64,000 bases of DNA from Daphnia carinata. Taxonomy: Eukaryota. Where the stretch lies: contig NC_081332.1 of the NCBI RefSeq assembly GCF_022539665.2, positions 1,550,001 to 1,614,000 of the forward strand. The letters are read 5' to 3'. Below are positions 15,819-26,625 of this stretch, piece after piece. The notes beneath the pieces were generated by a model, which did not search any database, had not been told where the DNA came from, and worked only from the letters and a program-made list of their open reading frames with translations. The translations under genes and the position numbers were made by a program. The first letter of the stretch is position 1; each line of letters opens with the position of its first letter.

Positions 15819-17555
15819 TTAGCCGGATGGAATCAAAACAGCAAGGATCCATTCAATTAAAAAGGCCGTGATCGAGATAACGATGCCAATGGCCAGTAAG
15901 TAGAATGCCCCTTCTAAATTAATCAAAGAGAATCGCACCAAGGTTGGAGCACTTTGCCGATGTCTTCCGGATGGCTTCATCGAACGGTGGTAATCAACCA
16001 AACCGGCTTCGGTCAGACGTTGAAGCACAAGGTCGATTCGGGCCTTCAAAGGTGAATCTTTTTGAAGGCCAAAGGACGAACGTGTCGGGAACAGCCTCTC
16101 CTTCATGACGTGCAAATCATGCGGCGAACTCGATTGTGTCATCATTAAATAATTCAAACTATCCAGCGATGAATCGACTGCCCATTGGCCAGTTTCCAGC
16201 AAGGATAGCATGTGACTGATGTTATTAGTGGTGGTCAGTTGATGACCTAACAGACGACGATGAGGATCCGATGAATTCAACAGCACCGTCTTGTAGAAAT
16301 CGCTGAACATCATTTTATTGAGGGGACTCTCTACCAACTGCTGGATCGTATCGATGGGTTGCTGGGCGAACGGTTCAGTTAGGAATGAAATCAAACCGGA
16401 ACGATAAACGGTGGACAAGATGGTAGCTGCGAAAAGCCAACACCAGATGAGAAACAAGCGGCAGACGGACGCCCTTCCATCGGGTAGACGAGGTTGTTGG
16501 ATCCAAAGGAGCTGACCGAGAACGAAAATGAACGAAGCGATCAATGATCTTCGCTGATATAATTTACCAGCTAGAAAGAGAGCGATAGTGACGAGCAAGA
16601 GAGAAGCACAAGTGGCCAGCCAAGTGTTTGAAGAAAACGGGGCAATTAACGCCGTCCAATTGGCCAATGGTTTCGGACCGGGCACTACGAAACAATCGTA
16701 ATCTGTCTTGTATATTTGACTGAAACTGATGTGAGGCAACCAGGAGTGCATCATGTACAAATCTCCGAACGCTAAATCAACTTCTTTTCTCACCAACATG
16801 CCCCGGATGCCCGTGAATTCGATTATCTTGCCCGTCGTCTTGTTCTTCACCATGTCCCCCCACATCTCGTCGGCTCGTGCTAAGACGTACGTGAATGTGA
16901 AATTCAATTTTTCTGCGATGAGTTTCACGATTAATGGCTCGATCCCCTCTAGTTCGGTGCCCGGCTCACGCACAACGACAGCTGGCGGATGATGAAGCGT
17001 TGCGATTCTAAGATGCCGGCCAGCCAATTTGAGATTCAAAAGTTCGCGGGTGTCGAAAACGCTGAGATTCTCATAGCGGATGATGCGATTTTCATTGACG
17101 GACCATCTTAATAATTTGATTAAAATGTCCGGTTGTTCGAGCAGCACGAAAACTCGTTCGTTCATCACGTCCAGCAACAGTTTGTCGGCTTGGTCAGTCA
17201 AATTCGTAACAGCAATCACTTTGTTCAGATGGAAATGATTGACGAGTTTGCGGTAGATCGTCGAAAGCTCATTGGCGTTGCTGTAACACGACACGACCGC
17301 ATCATTGCAAACGATTTCGTTACGTCCGTGAGAGAACAGCGTGACGGGTTTTCTGTTATCACCTGTCAATAGGTTGACTAATGAGATTTCATTCTCAGTT
17401 TCAGAGAGGGAAAGAACAATTCCAGGGCAATTGGATTGATTTAAAATTGTAAGGATCACTTTGAATAGTTGGCTGTCCCGTTCGGTCGTTAACGGGACGA
17501 GTGTCAACGCAAACACACAGATGAGTAAAATCATGACTAAAGGGATAAACAACAT
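15819..17555 (-). CDS. Divergent ionotropic receptor (IR/variant iGluR), intronless
   Basis: 578-aa ORF with signal peptide, S1 lobe (GIRGMLVRKEVDLA), M1 (PFSSNTW), M2/M3 (YRSGLISFLTEP), S2 (FGLQKDSPLK..RLTEAGLV) and last TM (LEGAFYLL). Confidence 0.9.
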   Translation of the reverse strand: MLFIPLVMILLICVFALTLVPLTTERDSQLFKVILTILNQSNCPGIVLSLSETENEISLVNLLTGDNRKPVTLFSHGRNEIVCNDAVVSCYSNANELSTIYRKLVNHFHLNKVIAVTNLTDQADKLLLDVMNERVFVLLEQPDILIKLLRWSVNENRIIRYENLSVFDTRELLNLKLAGRHLRIATLHHPPAVVVREPGTELEGIEPLIVKLIAEKLNFTFTYVLARADEMWGDMVKNKTTGKIIEFTGIRGMLVRKEVDLAFGDLYMMHSWLPHISFSQIYKTDYDCFVVPGPKPLANWTALIAPFSSNTWLATCASLLLVTIALFLAGKLYQRRSLIASFIFVLGQLLWIQQPRLPDGRASVCRLFLIWCWLFAATILSTVYRSGLISFLTEPFAQQPIDTIQQLVESPLNKMMFSDFYKTVLLNSSDPHRRLLGHQLTTTNNISHMLSLLETGQWAVDSSLDSLNYLMMTQSSSPHDLHVMKERLFPTRSSFGLQKDSPLKARIDLVLQRLTEAGLVDYHRSMKPSGRHRQSAPTLVRFSLINLEGAFYLLAIGIVISITAFLIEWILAVLIPSG

Positions 17556-19550
17556 GCAGCCATTAGCAAAAGAACAACTCTGCCTTTACTAGCTTTTATT
17601 TTACTTGTTTCATACAAAAAAAAACAAGCCTTTTGTTTAAGTATTTTGTATGTGACATGCGCTGCGGAAAGACACGCGTAAAAGTATGTCAGCGGTCATT
17701 AGTAAACAAACGCGTTTGGAATAAATAAAAGATCCTTCTTTGACATAATTGGACATGGTGCGTAAAGAAAAAAGACGATCGATCGATAATGACATCCAAA
17801 TGAAACGTGCGTCTTCGATTTTATCGATCTAACCTTTAGGTGACTCACGTTGTCGTGCACGTGAATTTCTCACGTTTTTCAATTGGCACCTACAATACAA
17901 AACACATTGGAATTTTAATTTACAATGGCACAAAACGCTTTCATTCCATACGAACTATAGAGATTCTCCATTAGAAGAAGAGAAAGTTAAGCAATGAAAA
18001 GAAATTCAATGGAGAATAAACAGCGAATTGTAGGGCACCCCTACAAAGAGAAACAGCCTAAAAGGAGAATCCCAACTTTCTCCACAAACCCACAATAGAT
18101 GGACTCTCTTAAATTGAAATCATGGCGTTAATAACTTGAATTTAATTTCGATTTTCTAATGAAAGTTATGCTGGCAATGCGGGTGGAGTCGCGTCAGAGA
18201 ACCGCAGCGAAATCTCGTGCAGACAGATGGGCAATTTTGTTTGTTGGCCATTACACACACGCCTGATATTGCACGTACAGACGTCACTAAAACTTTTGCT
18301 AGCGAGCTAGCTTCACGCTCTCTTGAGTTTGGCTATTGCGGTCGGTCTATTGCGCACATAATCAGATCTAGCGCATCACCCCAAAGTTTTGATATCGTAA
18401 CATCCGTCACGCGAGAAACTAGAGAATCAAAAAAACAGCTGCAATCGCAACGTCTTCTATTTTTTTTTTTTTTTAGAAATCAGTCAACATGACAACTGAT
18501 GCGGGCAATTCGCACATGTCCGGTCATTCACTTTAATTTCAAATCTCTTCGAATCACAATAAAAAAAAGTGAAAACAATCAAATTTATAGTGGGCGACAT
18601 GGATGGCCCAGCTCGTAATCGACATAATGGTGAAATTCGCTAAACGCGCAATTACATTTCGTAAATTAAAACGTGTTATTCTAGTGCCAAGTACATCGGG
18701 ACCGGTTTTTTCGGCTGATCGTGACCTTCACGTTTAAAGTGAATGGAGTTCATACGAGATAATAAGCACAGACCATAATTTGATTCCTTTCGTTTTTGTT
18801 TTTCTTCGTGGAAGCCAAGAGAAAGTTTGATTATATCCTATCGCATTCCTAGATTTATTTTGTGTTCGTGAGCGCCCGCGGGATATTTGCGGTGCGTGAA
18901 ACTTTTTACAACGGCATCGTGCGGATAAACGAAGCACCAGCTCAACTTGACCATGGGTTTGTTTTGGGCTCAATTTAAAACGAACTGTCTTGCGAAACGA
19001 AAATTGCGGCGGACATTCTTTAAAAGTTATGATCAAATAAACGACAATAGAAATCCCGTTTTTTTAAAGTGGGGAGTCAGTTATGTCCCTTTTTATGTAA
19101 GACCTGCAGAAAGGCTATTGTTTGAGACATTTTTTTCGTGAAAATCTCTTGTTTTTCGATTTTCCATTATCCTACTACGACTACGTCCGTGTTGTAAAGG
19201 AGGTCGCCGAATTTTTTAAATTAAAAACTACGTTAATTAATCTCTTGGTCACGAAATCTAGTCCGTTGCGCACTAAATTGATCAATTTTGCTTCGCTCCT
19301 TCGATACAAGATCACGCAGAACAAAAAACTCATTAGCTAGAAATATAGAAAAAGACATGCAATTCTACACTCTTCATTTGCATACGAGATGACTTCCAAG
19401 GCTTAAAAAAAAGGGAAACACCCTTTTTCTAATAACTTCATTTGTCATCAACAGCGTTGCCTAGGCAACATCAAGCAGTTCCCAACGTCTCGTCGAACTT
19501 TTAAAAAGACCTCCTTTCCATCCGTTGACATTCAGTTGTTTCACATCATC

Positions 19551-21398
19551 ATGGAAAAGTTCGTATTCAACATCAAACTGACGTTGCTCTGCTACTCCAT
19601 TCACTTGGTTTTTGCTTCAAACAACCAGCGAACTGTCGAAGTAGTTTCAAAGCTCCTGACCGATTCAAAATGCAGTGGACTCGTGTCCGTTTTTGACTTC
19701 GTCCATGAACAAAGTGAACGCGTCTACACGGATGATGAGCTCATCGACACTTTCATTAATCATCAATCTAAACCTTTCACTATTCTAGAAAGCTTTAATG
19801 GCTCTGTAATGTTAACTGAAAACTGGAAAAAAGAGCCCGTGTGCCGTAATGTCGTTATTTTCGGCCGTCAATCACGAAATCTATCGTCGATCTATCGTCA
19901 AATAAAGAGCCATTTTTTCATCAACAAAGCGGCCATCGTAACCCAATTTTCTCGTGAAGAAGCCATTGATATTCTGTTTGAAATTCAAAATGAGAAGGTC
20001 TTTATTATACTAGAGAAACTCGGCAAAGATTTGGAACTGTACTCTTGGGCTGCTAATAACAAGACATCTCAGATCACCATCGACGCCCATGCAATTGTAA
20101 ACAGTAATGTAATTCAAACTGGAGCCATCAATTTATCTGGAAGACATTTGATTATTGGTACGGTGCATAATCCACCTGCTGTCAGGATAGATCCTGGACT
20201 GACCCCCGAAATGAAGAAAACCATCGGAGGAATAGAACCGTCACTCATCGAAACGATGGCCAATCATTTGCAATTCACTTACGATTACGTCGAAGCTTCG
20301 CCGAAGGAAATGTGGGGGGAAGTCTACGGTCATCGAGGTAATCTCACCATCACAGGACTATTGGGAATGTTGGCCAGGAAAGAGGTGGACGTAGCCGTTA
20401 GCAATTTCTACATCAACAACATACGATGGCCTTACGTCAGTTACACTGTCGTCTACAAATTCAGTTACGAATCGTTTCTCGTTCCAGCTCCAAAACCCTA
20501 CGCCAAATGGAAGGCCGTTTTCTATTCGTTCACGTTGCCCACTTGGTTAGCAACGATCGCATCGGCCATTGTGGTCATCATGATGCTGCGTTTAGTAGCG
20601 GTTGTCTCTTCGTTTCAATCGGATTCTCAATTACGTCGGTACAACGTTTTCGCTGACTATCCGTTCTGCTGTCTCTACGTCATCGGCAATTTGCTGAACG
20701 TTCAAGTCCAACCGCAGAGCATCCTATCCACGGCCAACAGGATGTTCCTCATATGGTGGTTGTTTGGAACTCTTATACTCACCACTGGTTACCGTTCGGG
20801 TTTGATTTCTTACATGACATTCCCGTTCACTCCGCCTGCCATTGATACGCTCCAACAGCTGGTGGATAGTCCTTTAAAGAAAGCCAGTTTCAGTGTCTAC
20901 ACGATAGAGGCGTTGGTGAATGCTAGTTCAGAGATAGACAGGACACTAGGAGCGGAATTGATTCCGCATTACAATTTGACGGGCATGTTCGTATCGCTAG
21001 AATCTGGAGAATGGGCTGTGGAATCTAATTTAGATAACCTGTTGTACACGGCAGCTACGATGTATCCGACCACAACGACTGGACCTAAAGTACATCTCAT
21101 TAAAGACAAGATTTTGCCTTCGCGTGTGGCGTTTGGTTTGCAGAAAGATTCGCAATTGAAAGTGTATTTTGATAAAAAGATCCAGCATTTGATCGAAGCC
21201 GGAATAGTCGATCATCTCAAATCTGTTTTCGCTAAAAAGATGGACAAGTGGAACCCGAAGAAAGCGAACAGCCTGATCTCGTTCTCGCTGGACAGTCTGC
21301 AAGGAGCGTTTTATTTGCTCGTTTTTGGATTTGCTTTGTCTACTTTCATATTCGTTGCTGAAATCGTTGTTAAAATGTTGAAACGACCACAAGTATAA
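19551..21398 (+). CDS. Divergent ionotropic receptor, intronless
   Basis: ATG at 19551 follows an Inr-like TCAGTT. Motifs GLLGMLARKEVDVA, GYRSGLISYMTFP, FGLQKDSQLK and LQGAFYLL are present. Confidence 0.92.
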   Translation: MEKFVFNIKLTLLCYSIHLVFASNNQRTVEVVSKLLTDSKCSGLVSVFDFVHEQSERVYTDDELIDTFINHQSKPFTILESFNGSVMLTENWKKEPVCRNVVIFGRQSRNLSSIYRQIKSHFFINKAAIVTQFSREEAIDILFEIQNEKVFIILEKLGKDLELYSWAANNKTSQITIDAHAIVNSNVIQTGAINLSGRHLIIGTVHNPPAVRIDPGLTPEMKKTIGGIEPSLIETMANHLQFTYDYVEASPKEMWGEVYGHRGNLTITGLLGMLARKEVDVAVSNFYINNIRWPYVSYTVVYKFSYESFLVPAPKPYAKWKAVFYSFTLPTWLATIASAIVVIMMLRLVAVVSSFQSDSQLRRYNVFADYPFCCLYVIGNLLNVQVQPQSILSTANRMFLIWWLFGTLILTTGYRSGLISYMTFPFTPPAIDTLQQLVDSPLKKASFSVYTIEALVNASSEIDRTLGAELIPHYNLTGMFVSLESGEWAVESNLDNLLYTAATMYPTTTTGPKVHLIKDKILPSRVAFGLQKDSQLKVYFDKKIQHLIEAGIVDHLKSVFAKKMDKWNPKKANSLISFSLDSLQGAFYLLVFGFALSTFIFVAEIVVKMLKRPQV

Positions 21399-21767
21399 TG
21401 TGACGTCATTTTCCTATTTAAATCAGATGGATGAATTAAGAACATTTAGTTGTAGAAATTCGCGTGAGTTACTGTGATCCGACGTATGCCATTCAAATTA
21501 GTTTGCACTGACTAATGTTACCCATATGCACTGGCAGAGTAGAAGTTTGATAACTACAGAAACTTTGCTCCTCATCGTTAGCTGTCAATGAGAAACTACA
21601 GTTTGGAAATTGCATGGACAGGTGTCTAACTTCGGAAATATCAAAGAGACCTGCGCAAAACAATTAGAAATGTATCGTAAGAGAACGAGTTTGGATTCTA
21701 CGTCAATGTCTCTGGTATATAAAGACGAAATTCGATTGCAAAACCAGCGCACGATTCAACGACGAAA

Positions 21768-23564
21768 ATGTTGTCCCTATTTAATGTTGTGCTAGCGTTG
21801 GTCCTTGTGATTCACGTTGTCCTTTCGCGAGATGATCAGCGAACGGTCCAAGTGATTTTAAAACTCTTGTCTGACACGAATTGCCATGCAACAATTGTCG
21901 TCTCTGATGAAAACCCCGGACACTACACCGAAGGATTGGTAAATACGTTTATCAACATGCAATCTAATCCTATTATTCTTCCGGAACTATCCGACCGGAA
22001 TCAGAAGAGATATAGAGAGCCAACCTGTCAGAATGCTGTTCTCTTTGGTAATGAAATCGCAACGTTGACGTCCTTATATCGCGCAATGAAAAGCCAATTT
22101 AAAATCAACAATGCGTTGATCGTTGCCCGTTTTTATCCGGAAGACGCCATCCGACTATTGTTCGATATCCAGGAGGAGAACGTGTTCGTCTTACTGGAGA
22201 AAAATGGCAGAGATTTGGAACTCTATTCTTGGAAAGTCAATAACAAAACATCATTCGTGATTATTAGAAACCAATCGGACGTGACTCTAACAAGAGAACG
22301 GAATCATTCAACCAATCTATCGGGACGGCATCTAATGATTGGCACGCTGGCCTTTCCTCCGACCATTATCATCGACGCTGAACGAAGGATTACAGGGTTT
22401 GAACCTTCAATCATCGAAGCTCTGTCTTCTCACTTGAATTTCACCTACGAATTTATTCAAACATCACCGAACGAAATGTGGGGCGAAATACTCGGTACGG
22501 ACGACAACCACACGGTCACTGGACTGCTGGGCATGCTTGTCCGCAAGGAGGTAGACATCGCAGCTGGTGGACTGTACATTTCCAGTCCACGTGTGCCTTA
22601 CGTCGATTACACCGAGATCTACAATTGCGAGTACGAAAAATTTGTCGTTCTAGCTCCGCGACCTTACGGCAAATGGACGGCCCTTTTCTATTCGTTCACG
22701 TGGCAAACTTGGTTAGCCACCATCGTATCCGCTTTCGTCGTGATTGTAATGCTCCGTTTCGTCGCTGCTTGTTCGTCGCGTTATAGAGAATCTGTTAACA
22801 ACGACGTGTTTGCTGATTTCCAGTATTGTTGTCTCTACGTCATCGGGAACTTGTCCAACGTGCAGGTCCAACCGCAAAACATCACGTCCGGCTCTAACCG
22901 GACATTTCTCATCGGTTGGCTGTTTGCCACGCTCATCCTGACCACTGGCTACCGTTCGGGACTGATATCTTACATGACTTTCCCTTTCACGCCACCTACA
23001 ATCGATACACTTCAACAGCTGGTCGACAGTCCCTTACAGAAGATCGTTTTCGCCGGCTTCTTTAAGTCGATTCTCATGAATTCGTCCAACGAATTAGAGA
23101 AGAAAATTGGAGAACAATTAATTCCGCATTATAATTTAACTGGAATGTTTGTGGAGTTAGAAAAGGGTTCGTTTGCTATTGAATCCAGTTTGAATAATAT
23201 TCTTTACATGACGGCTTTGATGTACCCGACGACCAGTGCCGGCCCACGGGTCCACCTCATCAAAGAGAATCTCCTGCCCGCCTGGGTAGCTTTTGGCTTG
23301 CAGAAGAATTCTCAATTGAAACCTTATTTCGATAAAGAGATCCGACGTTTGACTGAATCTGGTCTCGTTGAGCATCACATTACGACTTTCGCGAAGAAGT
23401 TGGTCAAGTGGAACCCTAAGAAAGCCAACGATCGCATCTCGTTCTCGCTGGACAGCTTGCAAGGGGCATTCTATTTGCTCGGTGTAGGTATCGTCGCTTC
23501 GATTGTTGTGTTTATAGTCGAAATAGGTTCAGCCTCGAGAGTTTTTAAGGTTGGTAAACAATAG
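21768..23564 (+). CDS. Divergent ionotropic receptor, intronless; tandem paralog of the preceding gene
   Basis: 598-aa ORF sharing long identical stretches with the upstream IR (TLILTTGYRSGLISYMTFPFTPP, SFSLDSLQGAFYLL). Confidence 0.92.
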   Translation: MLSLFNVVLALVLVIHVVLSRDDQRTVQVILKLLSDTNCHATIVVSDENPGHYTEGLVNTFINMQSNPIILPELSDRNQKRYREPTCQNAVLFGNEIATLTSLYRAMKSQFKINNALIVARFYPEDAIRLLFDIQEENVFVLLEKNGRDLELYSWKVNNKTSFVIIRNQSDVTLTRERNHSTNLSGRHLMIGTLAFPPTIIIDAERRITGFEPSIIEALSSHLNFTYEFIQTSPNEMWGEILGTDDNHTVTGLLGMLVRKEVDIAAGGLYISSPRVPYVDYTEIYNCEYEKFVVLAPRPYGKWTALFYSFTWQTWLATIVSAFVVIVMLRFVAACSSRYRESVNNDVFADFQYCCLYVIGNLSNVQVQPQNITSGSNRTFLIGWLFATLILTTGYRSGLISYMTFPFTPPTIDTLQQLVDSPLQKIVFAGFFKSILMNSSNELEKKIGEQLIPHYNLTGMFVELEKGSFAIESSLNNILYMTALMYPTTSAGPRVHLIKENLLPAWVAFGLQKNSQLKPYFDKEIRRLTESGLVEHHITTFAKKLVKWNPKKANDRISFSLDSLQGAFYLLGVGIVASIVVFIVEIGSASRVFKVGKQ

Positions 23565-23937
23565 GAAGTTGACGTTAGTTAATTTTAGAGACTTATCTAA
23601 TAACCAATTCGTTTAATTGTTAGTTGTAGCTGAAAATTATACGTGATGTAGTAAGATGTTAACACAAATAAATCTGAAATGAATAATCATTTCTTGCATT
23701 TTTAAATTTTTTTGTTGGCTTAAAGTCGATTATCAGTGAACATAACGTGTATCACAATGCCCCGCAAATAACACATTGAAAAGTCATAAACACTTGAAAA
23801 GACGCAGTTTTTACACCACACTAGGTTGATTTAATACGATAAAAACTGCGAGCCTTACGGTTAAGACAGATGACACCGTGAAAGACAAAGACACATTGTT
23901 AGACAATGTATGTACTGTTTAGGTAAACAGGTAGGCC

Positions 23938-24598
23938 TACCTCTTTCATTGCGTTCAGCTGTGCAGGTTCCCAACAATCTGTTTCAGTATCTGGGTACGT
24001 CTACATCCAATGTTTTTCTTCCGAGTTGAAGCAGTTGGCGGAAATGTTCCTTTGCCAGGCTCTAAAGTTGCAAATACACAGGTTTTTATGCGGTTTTGTA
24101 ACCGCCATTATTCACTAGGACCAACTACGCCACTTTGCGCACTAACCACATAAACGTTGGGTTGCATCTACTACGTTGACGATACGTCGAATCTGATGTC
24201 TCTGTTTGTTGAAACATTTTGCAACCCGAAACAGAAACATTTGTTATAGCACTGCCGCAGCTGCACACCATCCCCACCGGCGGCACAACTTAAAGTGATT
24301 CGTTTTCGTTTTTTTTTTCGGTAATCCTTTTTGCTGTTTCGGCATGTCCGAAAAAGGGGTTTCCCCTTGGGAATTGGGCCCAATGCATCAAGAGGATGGG
24401 GGATTAAAAAATCCATGATGGCCGCCGTTTGCCTTCTCCACCAATCACAGTGCTTCACCTCATCCTCTATACTTCTAAAGGCTACAGCGATGAGACTGAG
24501 CTCAAGGCAAGTTTGGCATTGGATTTTTGTTTTCATTTGACTGCAGAAAAATGTCAATTATATAAAAATTGAATTTTAAAAATGTTGTTTATTATCAA
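23938..24598. repeat. Dispersed ~660-bp repeat, copy 1 (degenerate exon-like segment on the minus strand)
   Basis: Colinear and highly similar to 32491-33151. On the minus strand it is bounded by a TTTTCTGCAG acceptor and an AG/GTA donor, and it contains stop codons. Confidence 0.85.
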
Positions 24599-24609
24599 TA
24601 GGTTTTTCG

Positions 24610-24669
24610 GTTGTTGTGTTTATAATCGAAATAGGCTCATCCTCGAGAGTTTTTAAGCAGAAAAAGTAA
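24610..24669 (+). pseudogene. 3'-terminal relic of an ionotropic receptor gene
   Basis: Encodes VVVFIIEIGSSSRVFKQKK*, versus IVVFIVEIGSASRVFKVGKQ* in the IR ending at 23564. The downstream non-coding sequence also matches 23565 to about 23900. Confidence 0.8.
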
Positions 24670-25107
24670 TAGGTAAATGGTAGGAAGTTGAAGTTCATTT
24701 TAGAGGACTTGCTTGTTCGTTCTAGCTGAAAAATTATATGTGATGTAGTAGGATGTTAACACAAATAACTCAAATAAACGATCACTTCATGCATTTTTTA
24801 AATTCTTTTGTTGGATTTAAGAGAAAATAACACATGTACAAATTACCTGCCAAAATACTACCGCTTTAAAAAAATATAAGTTGAAAGACGGCAGTTTATG
24901 AAATGACGTACGCAAAGCTAAATAGTTTTCGGCTTACACAATGTAATCCTTATCACAACGATAGTAAAAACGCATACAAAGACGCAGTACACAGACAATT
25001 CCGGCACAAGTGTCAAATGCTCGTTTTACTTGGACGTGTGTTCATCTTGTGACATTGCAGCCTAATTTTCATATACATACAATTATTAAGTGTAGACACA
25101 AGTGGGA

Positions 25108-26266
25108 ATGAAACCTGAGGACATCAGAACAGGCCGTCCATCGTCATGTTATCGCTTCAGTTTGTGGAAAAGAGTTTGGCTTAAAAGAACAAACATCAAT
25201 CACGAACAATCAGTTTTATTGATCCTTTGTTGTGCCGTGCTGCTTATCTTTGCTTATAACACCTTAACTCCCTGGTCTCCTTTTGTCACAAGCGATGCAT
25301 TAACAGGCTCTGCTTCTGATCGAGGATTTATGAACGGCTATGAATTTTCTTCAAATGGAGACAAAGCATTTTTTTGGGAAACTGGCGGCAGTGAAACACT
25401 CAACATCCGGCAAGCGTGTGCAGTGGAATCGCTAGCGTTGCATAACCCAAATATCACTGCTTATATGCTGTTTAGTCAAGGGCGAGTCAACAGCGACTCC
25501 ATCACACTGCGGACGCTAACGGAAAACTATAGAAACATCCGACTTATCGGCATCAACATGGATCATTATTTAGCCGGTTCGCCATTGGAGCATTGGTACA
25601 AATTCACTGACTGGAGGAAAGGACCTTACAACATTTCTCACTTCAGTGACGGTCTTCGTTTCGCAACGCTGTCGAAATACGGTGGCTATTATTTCGATCT
25701 TGACATCATCCACGTACGGCCGGTGACCTACTATCGCAATTTCATTGCCACAGAAGATGGACTCTCGGCTTCGGCTGGTGCTATTCATGCGGATTATGGC
25801 CACCCCACTATGCAAATGGCCATCAATGATTTCTCTGTTAATTACAGGTATACGCAATGATGTGATTACGTTGTTTTGGTATTTAATAATTATTTTGGTG
25901 GGCTTTGTTAACAGACCTGATGTTTGGGCCCATAATGGACCTGCCTTGTTGGACAGAGTTTTGACTAAATGGTGCGGAGTAGATAGGCTTCCGGATGCGA
26001 ATTACCTCAAATGCCGTGGGTTCAGTGTCCTACCGAAAGCATCATTCTATCCGGTACATTATCCAATGTGGCGAGAGTTTTTCGATCAACGAGGTCCAAA
26101 CGATACGGTGAATCCTGATTGGCTGACAACAGAAGTGATTGGTGTTCATTTTTGGAACAAAATGAGCTATGAAGAGCCAGTGTTCCGAAATTCAACGCAA
26201 TATTATACACAGCTAGCTCGTACCCATTGTCCTGCCACATTTTCCATTGCTCCTGATATCTTTTAG
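25108..26266 (+). CDS. Alpha-1,4-glycosyltransferase (A4GALT/A4GNT-like, GT32), 2 exons (25108-25847, 25915-26266)
   Basis: Type II TM anchor, RQACAVESLALHNP, SDGLRFATLSKYGGYYFDLD (DxD motif), NGPALLDRV, FYPVHY and GVHFWNK. Confidence 0.92.
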
Positions 26267-26625
26267 TATCGAAAAATAAAGGCCAGGAAGGGAGTTTAGA
26301 TACGCAACACGTAGGTTTCCAGTGTATCGTGATGACGTCACGTAAAACTTCTTTCCCTGTCCATATTGACTTCAGTTAATACAATGCATTTTAACATTTG
26401 AGAATTAAATAGAATTCTTAAATACTTTGCAAAACAAGAAGGGATCAATTCAAACGCATTCGTTACAATAAGGATTAACTTTAAAAGTAGATTTTTAAAT
26501 GGATAGGGAAATGAAATTCACTGGTAAACTCCGTCTGTCACTTGCGTTACAATTTGAATCATCGATACAATAATTTTATCTGAATTTGATTAAATTTTCT
26601 TAACTCGAACAAAACAATCGAAAGA

